64,000 nt of DNA from an uncultured Lachnospiraceae bacterium (lineage in GTDB: Bacteria > Bacillota > Clostridia > Lachnospirales > Lachnospiraceae), in the NCBI GenBank assembly GCA_949484645.1, contig CASYOT010000002.1, forward strand, positions 2,912 to 66,911, in the 5' to 3' direction. The position numbers and the translations under genes are program-made. The notes beneath the pieces were generated by a model. That model was not told where the DNA came from. It worked only from the letters and a program-made list of their open reading frames with translations, and did not search any database. Below, piece after piece: positions 48,186-56,354 of this stretch. Each line of letters opens with the position of its first letter. Position 1 is the stretch's first letter.

Positions 48186-48845
48186 ATGAATGATATTATC
48201 CTAATCGGCTCTGGAGGCTGTATGCGGGAGCTGGTCTGGCAGATACAGCAGTTGAACGGGGAATGCCGTGTATGGAATATTTTAGGCTATGTTGACAAAG
48301 CCGATCGGTCCGGCGTTTCCGACATAAAAGTTTCCGGCCAGAGCATTCCCTATCTTGGCGGAGATGACTTCCTTTTACGCCGGACCGAACAGACGAATGC
48401 CGCTATATGTGTCGGGAATCCTTCCTTACGGAAAAAAATTGCCAAGAACATACAGAAAAACCCGCATATCTGTTTTCCTAATTTAATTTTAGGCAATGTA
48501 AAAATCTGCTCTGACGTACAAATCGGGAAAGGCTGTATTATCAGTATGGACGCCCGTATTTCTACGAATGTTGCATTGGGGGATTTTGTTTTTTTAAATA
48601 TGGGAAGCGGGATCTGCCATGACGGAAAAATTGGAAATTATGTCACATTAAGCCCAGATGTGCGTCTTGCCGGAAACGTAACCGTGGAAGAAGGCTGTGA
48701 CATTGGCATGGGAGCAAAGATTATACAGGGCAGGCATATCGGCGCAAATGCAGTGATCGGGGCAGGAAGCGTCGTCATCACTGACATAGCGGCTGGCTGC
48801 ATGGCGGCCGGCGCGCCGGCAAAGGAGAAGAAGAAAAAAATATGA
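48186..48845 (+). CDS. NeuD/PglD-family hexapeptide sugar N-acetyltransferase (LegH-like)
   Basis: N-terminal Rossmann-like ILIGSGGCMRELVWQI...LGYVDKAD followed by LbH repeats (GNYVTLSPDVRLAGNVTVEEGCDIGMGAKI). Confidence 0.75.
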   Translation: MNDIILIGSGGCMRELVWQIQQLNGECRVWNILGYVDKADRSGVSDIKVSGQSIPYLGGDDFLLRRTEQTNAAICVGNPSLRKKIAKNIQKNPHICFPNLILGNVKICSDVQIGKGCIISMDARISTNVALGDFVFLNMGSGICHDGKIGNYVTLSPDVRLAGNVTVEEGCDIGMGAKIIQGRHIGANAVIGAGSVVITDIAAGCMAAGAPAKEKKKKI

Positions 48846-49831
48846 GCGTCACTATTATCGCCGAAGCAGGCGTAAACCATAATGGCAGTTTCACGCTTGC
48901 GAAGAAAATGGCAAAAGCCGCAAAAGATTCCGGAGCGGATTATGTCAAGTTCCAGACATTTAAACCGGAAAATTTAGTTTCAAAATATGCCGCAAAAGCT
49001 GATTACCAAAAAGCATCTGGCAGTCAGGACGAAAACCAGTTGCAAATGTTAAAAAAGCTTGCCTTAACGGAACAGGATTTTTTGGCATTAAAGCGGTACT
49101 GTGAAAGCATCGGGATCGGATTTTTGTCTACACCGTTTGATTTGGACAGCATAGAATTTCTAGATACCATAGGCATGGATTTCTGGAAATTGCCGTCTGG
49201 GGAAATTACAAATTATCTTTATTTAGAAAAAATTGCAAAGACGAAGAAAAAAATCGTTTTGTCCACGGGCATGTGTGAGATTTCAGAAATTCGGGACGCT
49301 ATAACTGTTTTGAATAAAAACGGCGCAGCGGATCTTACGCTTTTGCATTGCAATACGGAATACCCGACGCCTTTTGCAGACGTAAATTTGCTCGCTATGC
49401 ATCATTTAAAACGGGAATTTCAAATGCCTGTCGGATATTCTGACCATACGATTGGCATTGAAGTCCCCATTGCCGCCGCCGCGCTTGGCGCAGTTGTAAT
49501 AGAAAAGCATTTTACGCTTGACAGAAATATGGAAGGCCCGGATCAGAAAGCCAGCTTAGAGCCCAAAGGGCTTCGTCAAATGATACGCGCAATCCGCAAT
49601 ATAGAACTCAGCATGGGCGATGGTTATAAACGCCGCTCGCCTTCCGAAGAAAAAAACCTTGCCGCCGCCAGAAAAAGTCTTGTCGCAAAACGCGCGATCC
49701 GCAAAGGAGAGCTTTTTACAGCGGAGAACCTGACTGCAAAACGTCCGGGAAATGGGATAAGCCCGATGAAATGGAACGAAGTTTTAGGCATGGCGGCCGA
49801 AAAAGATTATGAGGTGGACGAACTGATATGA
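48842..49831 (+). CDS. legI: nonulosonic acid synthase, NeuB family (legionaminic acid synthase candidate)
   Basis: TIIAEAGVNHNGSFTLAKKMAKAAKDSGADYVKFQTF NeuB signature plus C-terminal SAF domain; adjacent to the NeuC- and NeuA-like genes. Confidence 0.8.
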   Translation: MSVTIIAEAGVNHNGSFTLAKKMAKAAKDSGADYVKFQTFKPENLVSKYAAKADYQKASGSQDENQLQMLKKLALTEQDFLALKRYCESIGIGFLSTPFDLDSIEFLDTIGMDFWKLPSGEITNYLYLEKIAKTKKKIVLSTGMCEISEIRDAITVLNKNGAADLTLLHCNTEYPTPFADVNLLAMHHLKREFQMPVGYSDHTIGIEVPIAAAALGAVVIEKHFTLDRNMEGPDQKASLEPKGLRQMIRAIRNIELSMGDGYKRRSPSEEKNLAAARKSLVAKRAIRKGELFTAENLTAKRPGNGISPMKWNEVLGMAAEKDYEVDELI

Positions 49832-50979
49832 AAAAAATTGCAGTGGTTACAGCGACGCGGGCAGAATATGGGATCTTGCGGCCTTTACTGGAACGTTTGG
49901 AAAAAGAGCCGGAATTTCAGCTTTTACTTTATGTAACGGGAACCCATCTGGTTTCCCAATACGGAAATACACAGACAGAAATAGAAGCTGACGGCATAGC
50001 GGTTCACAGAAAAATCCCAATCTTAGAAAGCGGGAACACGCCATATGCGGTGTCCCTGACAATGGCAAACGCAATCCGTGGATTTGCGGATGCGTTTGCG
50101 CAGGATAAACCCGATTTTTTAGTGGTCTTAGGAGACCGTACAGAATTGCTTGGGATATGCAGCGCGGCTATGAACGAACGAATCCCAATCGCCCATCTGC
50201 ATGGCGGGGAATTGACCGAAGGGGCTGTAGACGATTGCGTCCGCCATGCCGTCACGAAAATGAGTTACCTGCATTTTGCGGCGGCGGAGCCTTACCGGCA
50301 GCGGATTATCCAGATGGGGGAAGCGCCGGAACGCGTATTTAACGTTGGCGCGCTTGGCGTGGAAAATACATTAAACGTTCCGCTTTTCAGCCGTGAAGAA
50401 CTTTGTGAAGAAATCGGGATTCCTGCTAATCTCAGGTATGCAGTCGTTACCTTTCACCCAGTTACATTAGAAGCGGAATGCGCCGTTGAACAGACGAAAG
50501 CATTGTTAGATGCGATTCAGGAAGAAAACCAATTTTTCTATCTGATTACAAAAGCGAACGCAGACGTCGGCGGTGAAATAGTCAATACATTGTGTGAACA
50601 GTTCGCAAAACAAAACAGCCATGTGAAACTGACTGCTTCGCTTGGCATGAAGCGTTATTTAAGCGCAGTCAAATACAGCGCATTCGTACTGGGCAATTCA
50701 TCAAGTGGAATTATTGAAGCTCCCGCGCTTGGCGCGCCTGCCGTCAACATTGGGAACCGCCAGAAAGGAAGGCTTATGGCGGATACTGTAATTTCCTGTG
50801 GAAATACAAAAGATGAAATAGCGGCCGCTATGAAAAAAGCCATTCGGACGGAACGGAAAAAATCCATTCTCTATGGAAGCGGGGGAACTTCTGAGAAAAT
50901 AATAAAAACGCTTAAAGAAGTGTTACAGGGCGGGAACATAAATCTGGAAAAACAGTTTTACGATTGGAGAATGAAATGA
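49828..50979 (+). CDS. legG: hydrolysing NDP-N-acetylhexosamine 2-epimerase (NeuC/LegG-like)
   Basis: KIAVVTATRAEYGILRPLLERL N-terminus typical of NeuC-type 2-epimerases; 383 aa. Confidence 0.8.
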   Translation: MKKIAVVTATRAEYGILRPLLERLEKEPEFQLLLYVTGTHLVSQYGNTQTEIEADGIAVHRKIPILESGNTPYAVSLTMANAIRGFADAFAQDKPDFLVVLGDRTELLGICSAAMNERIPIAHLHGGELTEGAVDDCVRHAVTKMSYLHFAAAEPYRQRIIQMGEAPERVFNVGALGVENTLNVPLFSREELCEEIGIPANLRYAVVTFHPVTLEAECAVEQTKALLDAIQEENQFFYLITKANADVGGEIVNTLCEQFAKQNSHVKLTASLGMKRYLSAVKYSAFVLGNSSSGIIEAPALGAPAVNIGNRQKGRLMADTVISCGNTKDEIAAAMKKAIRTERKKSILYGSGGTSEKIIKTLKEVLQGGNINLEKQFYDWRMK

Positions 50980-51662
50980 AGCAAATCGCAGTCATTCCGG
51001 CAAGAAGCGGCTCGAAGGGATTGAAAGATAAAAACATTAAAGTCTTAAACGGAAAACCAATGATGGCGTATACCATAGAGGCGGCATTAAACTCCAAATT
51101 ATTTGACTGCGTCCACGTTTCTACAGACAGCGCGCAGTACGCTTCCATAGCAAAACAGTATGGCGCAGACGTTCCTTTTTTACGGGATAAGGAGCTGGCA
51201 GATTCAAAAGCCAGCACATGGGACGCCCTTCGGGATGTCATTCAAAAGTATAAAGAAGCAGGGCGGGAATTTGACGCTGTGACGCTGTTACAGCCTACGT
51301 CTCCGTTAAGGAGCGCTGCAGACATTAGGGAAGCACACTGCATTTTTCAGGAGAAAAACGCTGATTCCGTCGTAAGCGTCTGTCAAATGGAGCACCCAAT
51401 ACAGATTTGCAATACACTTGGAGAAAACGGCTCTCTCTATCAGTTTCTTGACAGCAACCGAATCGGAGCAAGGCAGGATCAGGCTGTTTACTACCGTATC
51501 AATGGCGCAATTTATATTTTGAAATTATGGATGCTTTTGGAAAAAGAAAATATTTATAATAAAAACTCATACGCATATATTATGAGTAAAGCGCATTCGG
51601 TCGATATTGATGATTATTTAGATTTTAAATTGGCGGAAATTCTGGCAAAGGAAAATTTCTAA
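50976..51662 (+). CDS. legF: CMP-nonulosonic acid synthetase, NeuA family (LegF-like)
   Basis: IAVIPARSGSKGLKDKNI motif of acylneuraminate cytidylyltransferases; start at MKQIAV (ATGA overlap with the legG stop). Confidence 0.8.
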   Translation: MKQIAVIPARSGSKGLKDKNIKVLNGKPMMAYTIEAALNSKLFDCVHVSTDSAQYASIAKQYGADVPFLRDKELADSKASTWDALRDVIQKYKEAGREFDAVTLLQPTSPLRSAADIREAHCIFQEKNADSVVSVCQMEHPIQICNTLGENGSLYQFLDSNRIGARQDQAVYYRINGAIYILKLWMLLEKENIYNKNSYAYIMSKAHSVDIDDYLDFKLAEILAKENF

Positions 51663-51739
51663 GAGAATCGAGCGCGTATGCCGATATAAAAGGCAGAGAC
51701 CTATCAGGGAGGATATGGAACAAACATGGAGGTTGCCCT

Positions 51740-52813
51740 ATGAATGCAGAAAAATTGACGTCATTTTTAATCTCCCCCGATCATACTGTGGTAGAAGCTA
51801 TGCAGAAAATCGACAGTAACGCGAGGGGAATTTTATTTGCGGCAGATGAGAGCCGGAAATTATTAGGCGTTGTGACGGATGGAGATATCCGCAGATGGCT
51901 GATTAAAACGGGAGAATTAAAAGGTTCTATAGAAAGCGTGATGAACCGCAGCCCGAAAACCATACGTCCGGATAAAGTTTCCGCTTCCAGAGAATACATG
52001 GAAAAATTAGTGATTACGGCGTTGCCTGTCGTAAACGAAAGCGGGATTATCTGCGATATTATATTTCGGGAGCCAAAGGAAGGCAGATGCATCAAACGGA
52101 AAGGCCATTTGGATAGCGTTTCCGTTGTAATTATGGCGGGAGGAAAAGGGACAAGGCTGTATCCTTTTACAAAAATACTTCCGAAACCGCTTATTCCGAT
52201 CGGGGATATTCCAATAATGGAACGTATTATAAATAAATTCCGCGAGTTTGACGTCAAAGATTTCTATGTTACGGTGAATTACAGGAAAAATATGATTAAA
52301 TCATATTTTTCGGAAATCAGCTCGGACTATTCGATCTCTTATGTAGAAGAAGACAAGCCGCTTGGAACGGCGGGAAGCCTTGGGCTGATTCCGGCAAATT
52401 TTGAAAAACCGTTTCTGATTACAAATTGCGATATTTTAATCCATGCGGATTATAGCGATATATACCGCCATCACATAGAATCTGGAAATGAACTTACAAT
52501 AGTAACTGCTTTAAAAAATATTGTAGTTCCATATGGCGTGATACATTCAGGAGAAAATGGAGGAATCGAGCGGCTTGAAGAAAAGCCGAAGCTTTCTTAT
52601 TTTGTTAATACCGGAATGTATATTTTAAATCCGGATATACAACATGAAATTCCGCAAGAAACATTTTTCCATATGACTGATTTGGCGGATAAATTGTTAA
52701 AAGAAAACCGGAAAGTGGGTATGTACCCTATCAGCGAAGATTCCTTTTTGGATATGGGGGAATTTGAGGAAATGCGCCGTATGGAAGAAAAATTAAATAT
52801 GAAGACGGAATAA
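51740..52813 (+). CDS. CBS-domain sugar-phosphate nucleotidyltransferase (PtmE-like GlcN-1-P guanylyltransferase candidate)
   Basis: N-terminal CBS pair (VVEAMQKIDSNARGILFAADESRKLLGVVTDGDIRR) fused to an NTP-transferase domain (VVIMAGGKGTRLYPFTKILPKPLIPI). Confidence 0.7.
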   Translation: MNAEKLTSFLISPDHTVVEAMQKIDSNARGILFAADESRKLLGVVTDGDIRRWLIKTGELKGSIESVMNRSPKTIRPDKVSASREYMEKLVITALPVVNESGIICDIIFREPKEGRCIKRKGHLDSVSVVIMAGGKGTRLYPFTKILPKPLIPIGDIPIMERIINKFREFDVKDFYVTVNYRKNMIKSYFSEISSDYSISYVEEDKPLGTAGSLGLIPANFEKPFLITNCDILIHADYSDIYRHHIESGNELTIVTALKNIVVPYGVIHSGENGGIERLEEKPKLSYFVNTGMYILNPDIQHEIPQETFFHMTDLADKLLKENRKVGMYPISEDSFLDMGEFEEMRRMEEKLNMKTE

Positions 52814-52839
52814 GCAGGAGGAAAAAGGAGGCATTTAAT

Positions 52840-53820
52840 ATGAAGAAAGCGCTTGTAACAGGTGCGGACGGGTTTATCGGGAGCCATTTGACGGAAAGCC
52901 TTTTAGAAAAAGGCTATCAGGTAAAAGCATTTGTTTATTATAATTCATTTAATAACTGGGGGTGGCTGGATACGCTGCCCAAAGAGAAGTTAAGCCAGAT
53001 TGAAATTTTTTCAGGCGACGTCAGAGATCCGAATGGCGTGCGGGAAGCGATGAAAGGCGTAGATTTGGTATTTCATTTAGCAGCGCTTATCGCAATCCCA
53101 TTTAGCTACCATTCTCCGGATTCTTATGTGGATACGAATATTAAGGGGACACTAAACGTTTTGCAGGCGGCAAGGGAGCTAAACACGGAGCGTCTGCTTG
53201 TCACGTCCACTTCAGAAGTGTATGGAACTGCGCAGTATGTTCCTATTGACGAAAAGCATCCGTATCAGGGGCAGTCGCCATATTCCGCGACCAAAATTGG
53301 GGCAGACCGTCTGGCAGAGAGTTTTTACCGCAGTTTTAAGCTTCCGGTGACGATTGTGCGCCCATTTAACACATACGGGCCAAGACAGTCTGCAAGAGCG
53401 GTGATCCCAACGATTATTACCCAGCTTTTGGCGGGGAAAGATGAGATCAAACTGGGTTCTTTGGCCCCGACAAGAGATTTCAACTATGTCAAAGACACTG
53501 CGGCAGGCTTTCTTGCAATCGCTAAATCCCAAAAAACGATCGGCGAAGAAATCAATATAGCGACGCAACAGGAGATTTCCATTGGAGATTTGGCAAACGA
53601 AATTATTTCTCAAATCCGTCCGTCCGCTAAAATCATTTGCGATGAAGCAAGGCTGCGGCCTGAAAAAAGCGAAGTCAACCGTTTGCTTGGCTCAAATGAA
53701 AAAATTATGCGGCTCACGGACTGGAAACAGCAATACACGTTTGCCCAAGGGATTTCCGAAACCATTGAATGGCTCCGCCATCATATGGATGCTTATAAAA
53801 CAGATATTTATAATGTATAG
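52840..53820 (+). CDS. legB: NDP-N-acetylglucosamine 4,6-dehydratase, retaining (LegB-like SDR)
   Basis: KALVTGADGFIGSHLTESLL Rossmann motif; YSATK catalytic motif; 326 aa; position in the leg-like block. Confidence 0.7.
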   Translation: MKKALVTGADGFIGSHLTESLLEKGYQVKAFVYYNSFNNWGWLDTLPKEKLSQIEIFSGDVRDPNGVREAMKGVDLVFHLAALIAIPFSYHSPDSYVDTNIKGTLNVLQAARELNTERLLVTSTSEVYGTAQYVPIDEKHPYQGQSPYSATKIGADRLAESFYRSFKLPVTIVRPFNTYGPRQSARAVIPTIITQLLAGKDEIKLGSLAPTRDFNYVKDTAAGFLAIAKSQKTIGEEINIATQQEISIGDLANEIISQIRPSAKIICDEARLRPEKSEVNRLLGSNEKIMRLTDWKQQYTFAQGISETIEWLRHHMDAYKTDIYNV

Positions 53821-53832
53821 GGGAGAAATGTT

Positions 53833-55020
53833 ATGAGCCGTTATATACCATTGTCTATTCCGAATTTTGAAGGAAATGAAAAAAAATATGTTCTCGATGC
53901 AGTTGAACAAGGCTGGGTTTCTACGGGAGGGGCGTATATTACAAAACTTGAACGGATGCTGGCGGATTATCTGCATACGGAGGAGGCTGCCGCCTGTCAA
54001 AGCGGCACAAGCGGGATACATCTTGCGTTAATAGAATGTGGGGTTTTGCCGGGCGACATGGTTTTAGTTCCGACTCTAACATTTATTGCGGCTGTGAATC
54101 CGGTGCGTTACCAGTTTGCAGAGCCTGTGTTTTTGGACTGTGATAAGAGTCTGTGCGTCGACCCTGTCAAACTGCGTCAATTTTGCGAACAAGAGTGTAC
54201 GTTAAAAGAAAACCGCCTTGTCCATAATCTGACCCAAAAAACCGTAAAAGCGCTGATCGTTGTGCATGTTTTTGGAAATTTTGCCGATATGGAAGCGATT
54301 ATGGAAATAGCGGAAACGTACCATATTAAAGTGATTGAAGATGCGACGGAAAGTTTGGGAAGCCGGTACGAAAAGGGGCGTTTTGCCGGAAAGTATGCTG
54401 GCGCGATAGGGGATTTCGGTGTATTCTCCTTCAATGGAAATAAAATTATTACAACGGGCGGGGGCGGCGCAGTCACTGCAAAAAATGCGGAAACAGTCCG
54501 CCATATCCGCTATCTGTCCACACAGGCAAAAGATGATCCGCATTTTTATATACATGATGAAGTCGGTTATAACTACCGCATGACGAACTTACAAGCGGCG
54601 CTTGGAGTGGCGCAAATGGAAAAATTAGAAGAATTTATTGAGCGGAAGCATAAAAATTATGAGCTGTACCGTGAATTGTTTTCTGATTTTGCATATGGGA
54701 AACTGCTTGGGTTCCGTGAAGACACGTATTCCAATCAGTGGTTTTATGCGTTAGAGTTAAATGGAAAACTAAAGTTTCCGCTTCGGAATCTGATTGAACG
54801 GCTGGAGACTTTCGGCGTGCAGACAAGAGCAGTCTGGGGGCTGATTCACAGGCAAAAGCCGTATCAGAATTGCCTTGCCTATGAAATGGAACGGGCGCCT
54901 TATTATAGCGGCTGTATTTTAAATCTGCCTTGCAGTACGCAAATTACAGAAGAAGAAATCCGTTATGCGGCGCAGACCATACAAAGAGAAATAGAATCAT
55001 GGAGGATAACAGATGATTGA
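53833..55020 (+). CDS. legC: DegT/DnrJ/EryC1-family aminotransferase (LegC-like)
   Basis: IPLSIPNFEGNEKKYVLDAVEQGWVSTGG...FNGNKIITTGGGGAV DegT-family signatures; 395 aa. Confidence 0.75.
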   Translation: MSRYIPLSIPNFEGNEKKYVLDAVEQGWVSTGGAYITKLERMLADYLHTEEAAACQSGTSGIHLALIECGVLPGDMVLVPTLTFIAAVNPVRYQFAEPVFLDCDKSLCVDPVKLRQFCEQECTLKENRLVHNLTQKTVKALIVVHVFGNFADMEAIMEIAETYHIKVIEDATESLGSRYEKGRFAGKYAGAIGDFGVFSFNGNKIITTGGGGAVTAKNAETVRHIRYLSTQAKDDPHFYIHDEVGYNYRMTNLQAALGVAQMEKLEEFIERKHKNYELYRELFSDFAYGKLLGFREDTYSNQWFYALELNGKLKFPLRNLIERLETFGVQTRAVWGLIHRQKPYQNCLAYEMERAPYYSGCILNLPCSTQITEEEIRYAAQTIQREIESWRITDD

Positions 55021-55375
55021 AAATAGAGATGAGCAAAAAGAGGCATTGGAAGTTTTGCTTGGGTTTAATGAACGTTTGGTGAAAAACATGAAATTAGTTG
55101 CAAAGGAGTTAAAAGACGGAAGGTTAGACGATACCGAAGCGTTTTTAAATGACATTACGCAAGCGATGAATTGGGAGATTCAAGTTGTCAATGGGACGTT
55201 GGATTTGCTGAATGAAGGAAAAGAGCGTCTGGATAAAGTAAGATTTAATGAGAAGATCCAAGCGTTAAGCGGCGCAATCGCATCCAAAGACGACAAACAA
55301 ATGGCGGAAACGTTTCTGGAGGCTGTTTCTGTGTTTGAGGAGCTTGGCGCTGCGGCGAAAGAGGTTGTTTCCTAA
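55013..55375 (+). CDS. hypothetical small acidic helical protein, last gene of the island operon
   Basis: 120-aa ORF overlapping the legC stop by 8 nt; no recognisable motif. Confidence 0.4.
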   Translation: MIENRDEQKEALEVLLGFNERLVKNMKLVAKELKDGRLDDTEAFLNDITQAMNWEIQVVNGTLDLLNEGKERLDKVRFNEKIQALSGAIASKDDKQMAETFLEAVSVFEELGAAAKEVVS

Positions 55376-55408
55376 GTAAATAATGATAGAATCGGATAAG
55401 TATTAGAA

Positions 55409-55458
55409 ATAGCGTATTTTATTTATATTTTGATAAATAAAATACGCTATTTTTTTCT
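55409..55458 (+). terminator. rho-independent terminator ending the island operon
   Basis: Inverted repeat aaatagcgtattttattta / taaataaaatacgctattt followed by T7. Confidence 0.7.
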
Positions 55459-55629
55459 CGTGATTTAGAAAAGTTTAAAAATGTTTTCTGAAATTTATAG
55501 AATACAACTTACAGTTTTCTTAATTCTTTAAAAAAAACGAAATATTTTACCATATATGGAAGTATATATTAAGTTAAAAATAGTAAAATTATGCTAAAAA
55601 AATATATTGAATACGAAAGGATAATCAGT

Positions 55630-55872
55630 ATGAAAGAACAAAAGATAGTGGCTGAAAGAATTAAGTATCTGTGTGAACAGGAAGGGATTTCTTATTACGA
55701 ATTGTCTTATAAAGCTGCAGTGCCGATTACAACATTGATACATATTATTAATTGTTCCACAAAAAATCCCGGAATATTTACAATTATCAAAGTGTGCAAT
55801 GGATTAAATGTAACGATACAGGAGTTTTTCAATTCGAAAGAATTTATTGATATTGAGTATGAACCGGAATAA
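55630..55872 (+). CDS. XRE-family helix-turn-helix transcriptional regulator (small)
   Basis: IKYLCEQEGISYYELSYKAAVPITTLIHII fits the Cro/C1-type HTH pattern; start chosen at MKEQ with GAAAGGA RBS. Confidence 0.6.
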   Translation: MKEQKIVAERIKYLCEQEGISYYELSYKAAVPITTLIHIINCSTKNPGIFTIIKVCNGLNVTIQEFFNSKEFIDIEYEPE

Positions 55873-55974
55873 TGTGTTCGGGAAAGGGAAGTTTTTAAGT
55901 CGTTTTTATTGTATTTGACAGATGTTTTGGCATATGCTATTCTTGTCATAGAAAAACTGCATAAGAATCTTCAG

Positions 55975-56140
55975 GGCAGGGTGACTTTGCAAAGCAGGGG
56001 ATTCCCTACCGGTGGTAAAGCCCACGAGCCGCAAGGCATGATTCGGTGACTCTTATCAAACGGCAAAAGTCGGATAAGCGGGATTCCGAAGCCGACAGTA
56101 TAGTCTGGATGAAAGAAGGTAAATGTCGTATCGTTTTTAG
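55975..56140 (+). ncRNA. FMN riboswitch (RFN element) aptamer
   Basis: Conserved RFN blocks: cagggcagggtga...ggattccctaccggtggtaaagcccacgagcc...gattcggtga...cggcaaaagtcggata...gggattccgaagccgacagtatagtctggatgaaagaagg; lies upstream of ribD. Confidence 0.85.
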
Positions 56141-56207
56141 GCGCTTCCTGTATGCCATTTGGCTTTAAAAGACGGCATATATAAGACGAGGGACATGGTT
56201 TGCATTG

Positions 56208-56245
56208 TGGGAGAACCGGCTCTGAAATAGATTGTTTCAGCGCCG
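56208..56245 (+). terminator. riboswitch expression-platform terminator
   Basis: Hairpin ccggctctgaaa-tagattg-tttcagcgccgg followed by T6, between the aptamer and ribD. Confidence 0.65.
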
Positions 56246-56354
56246 GTTTTTTGATGGCAGAGTTTTTGCGCAAGCCAGAGTTTTTGCGCAAGCCAGAGTT
56301 TTTTTGACAGGGCAGTGTTTTTTGGGGATTGAAAAAGGGAAGGGAAGTGACAAG

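Noticed and set aside
56258-56312. Possibility that the 18-bp tandem repeat is a CRISPR array
   Set aside because: Units are directly adjacent with no spacers, only 2.6 copies, and no cas genes nearby. It is a simple tandem repeat in a 5' leader.
56232-56354. Upstream extension of ribD to the track start at 56232
   Set aside because: It would translate through the riboswitch terminator and the tandem repeat (FQRRFFDGRVFAQARVFAQARVF...). The conserved RibD N-terminus begins at MEDRDYMRIA (ATG 56355) with a proper RBS.
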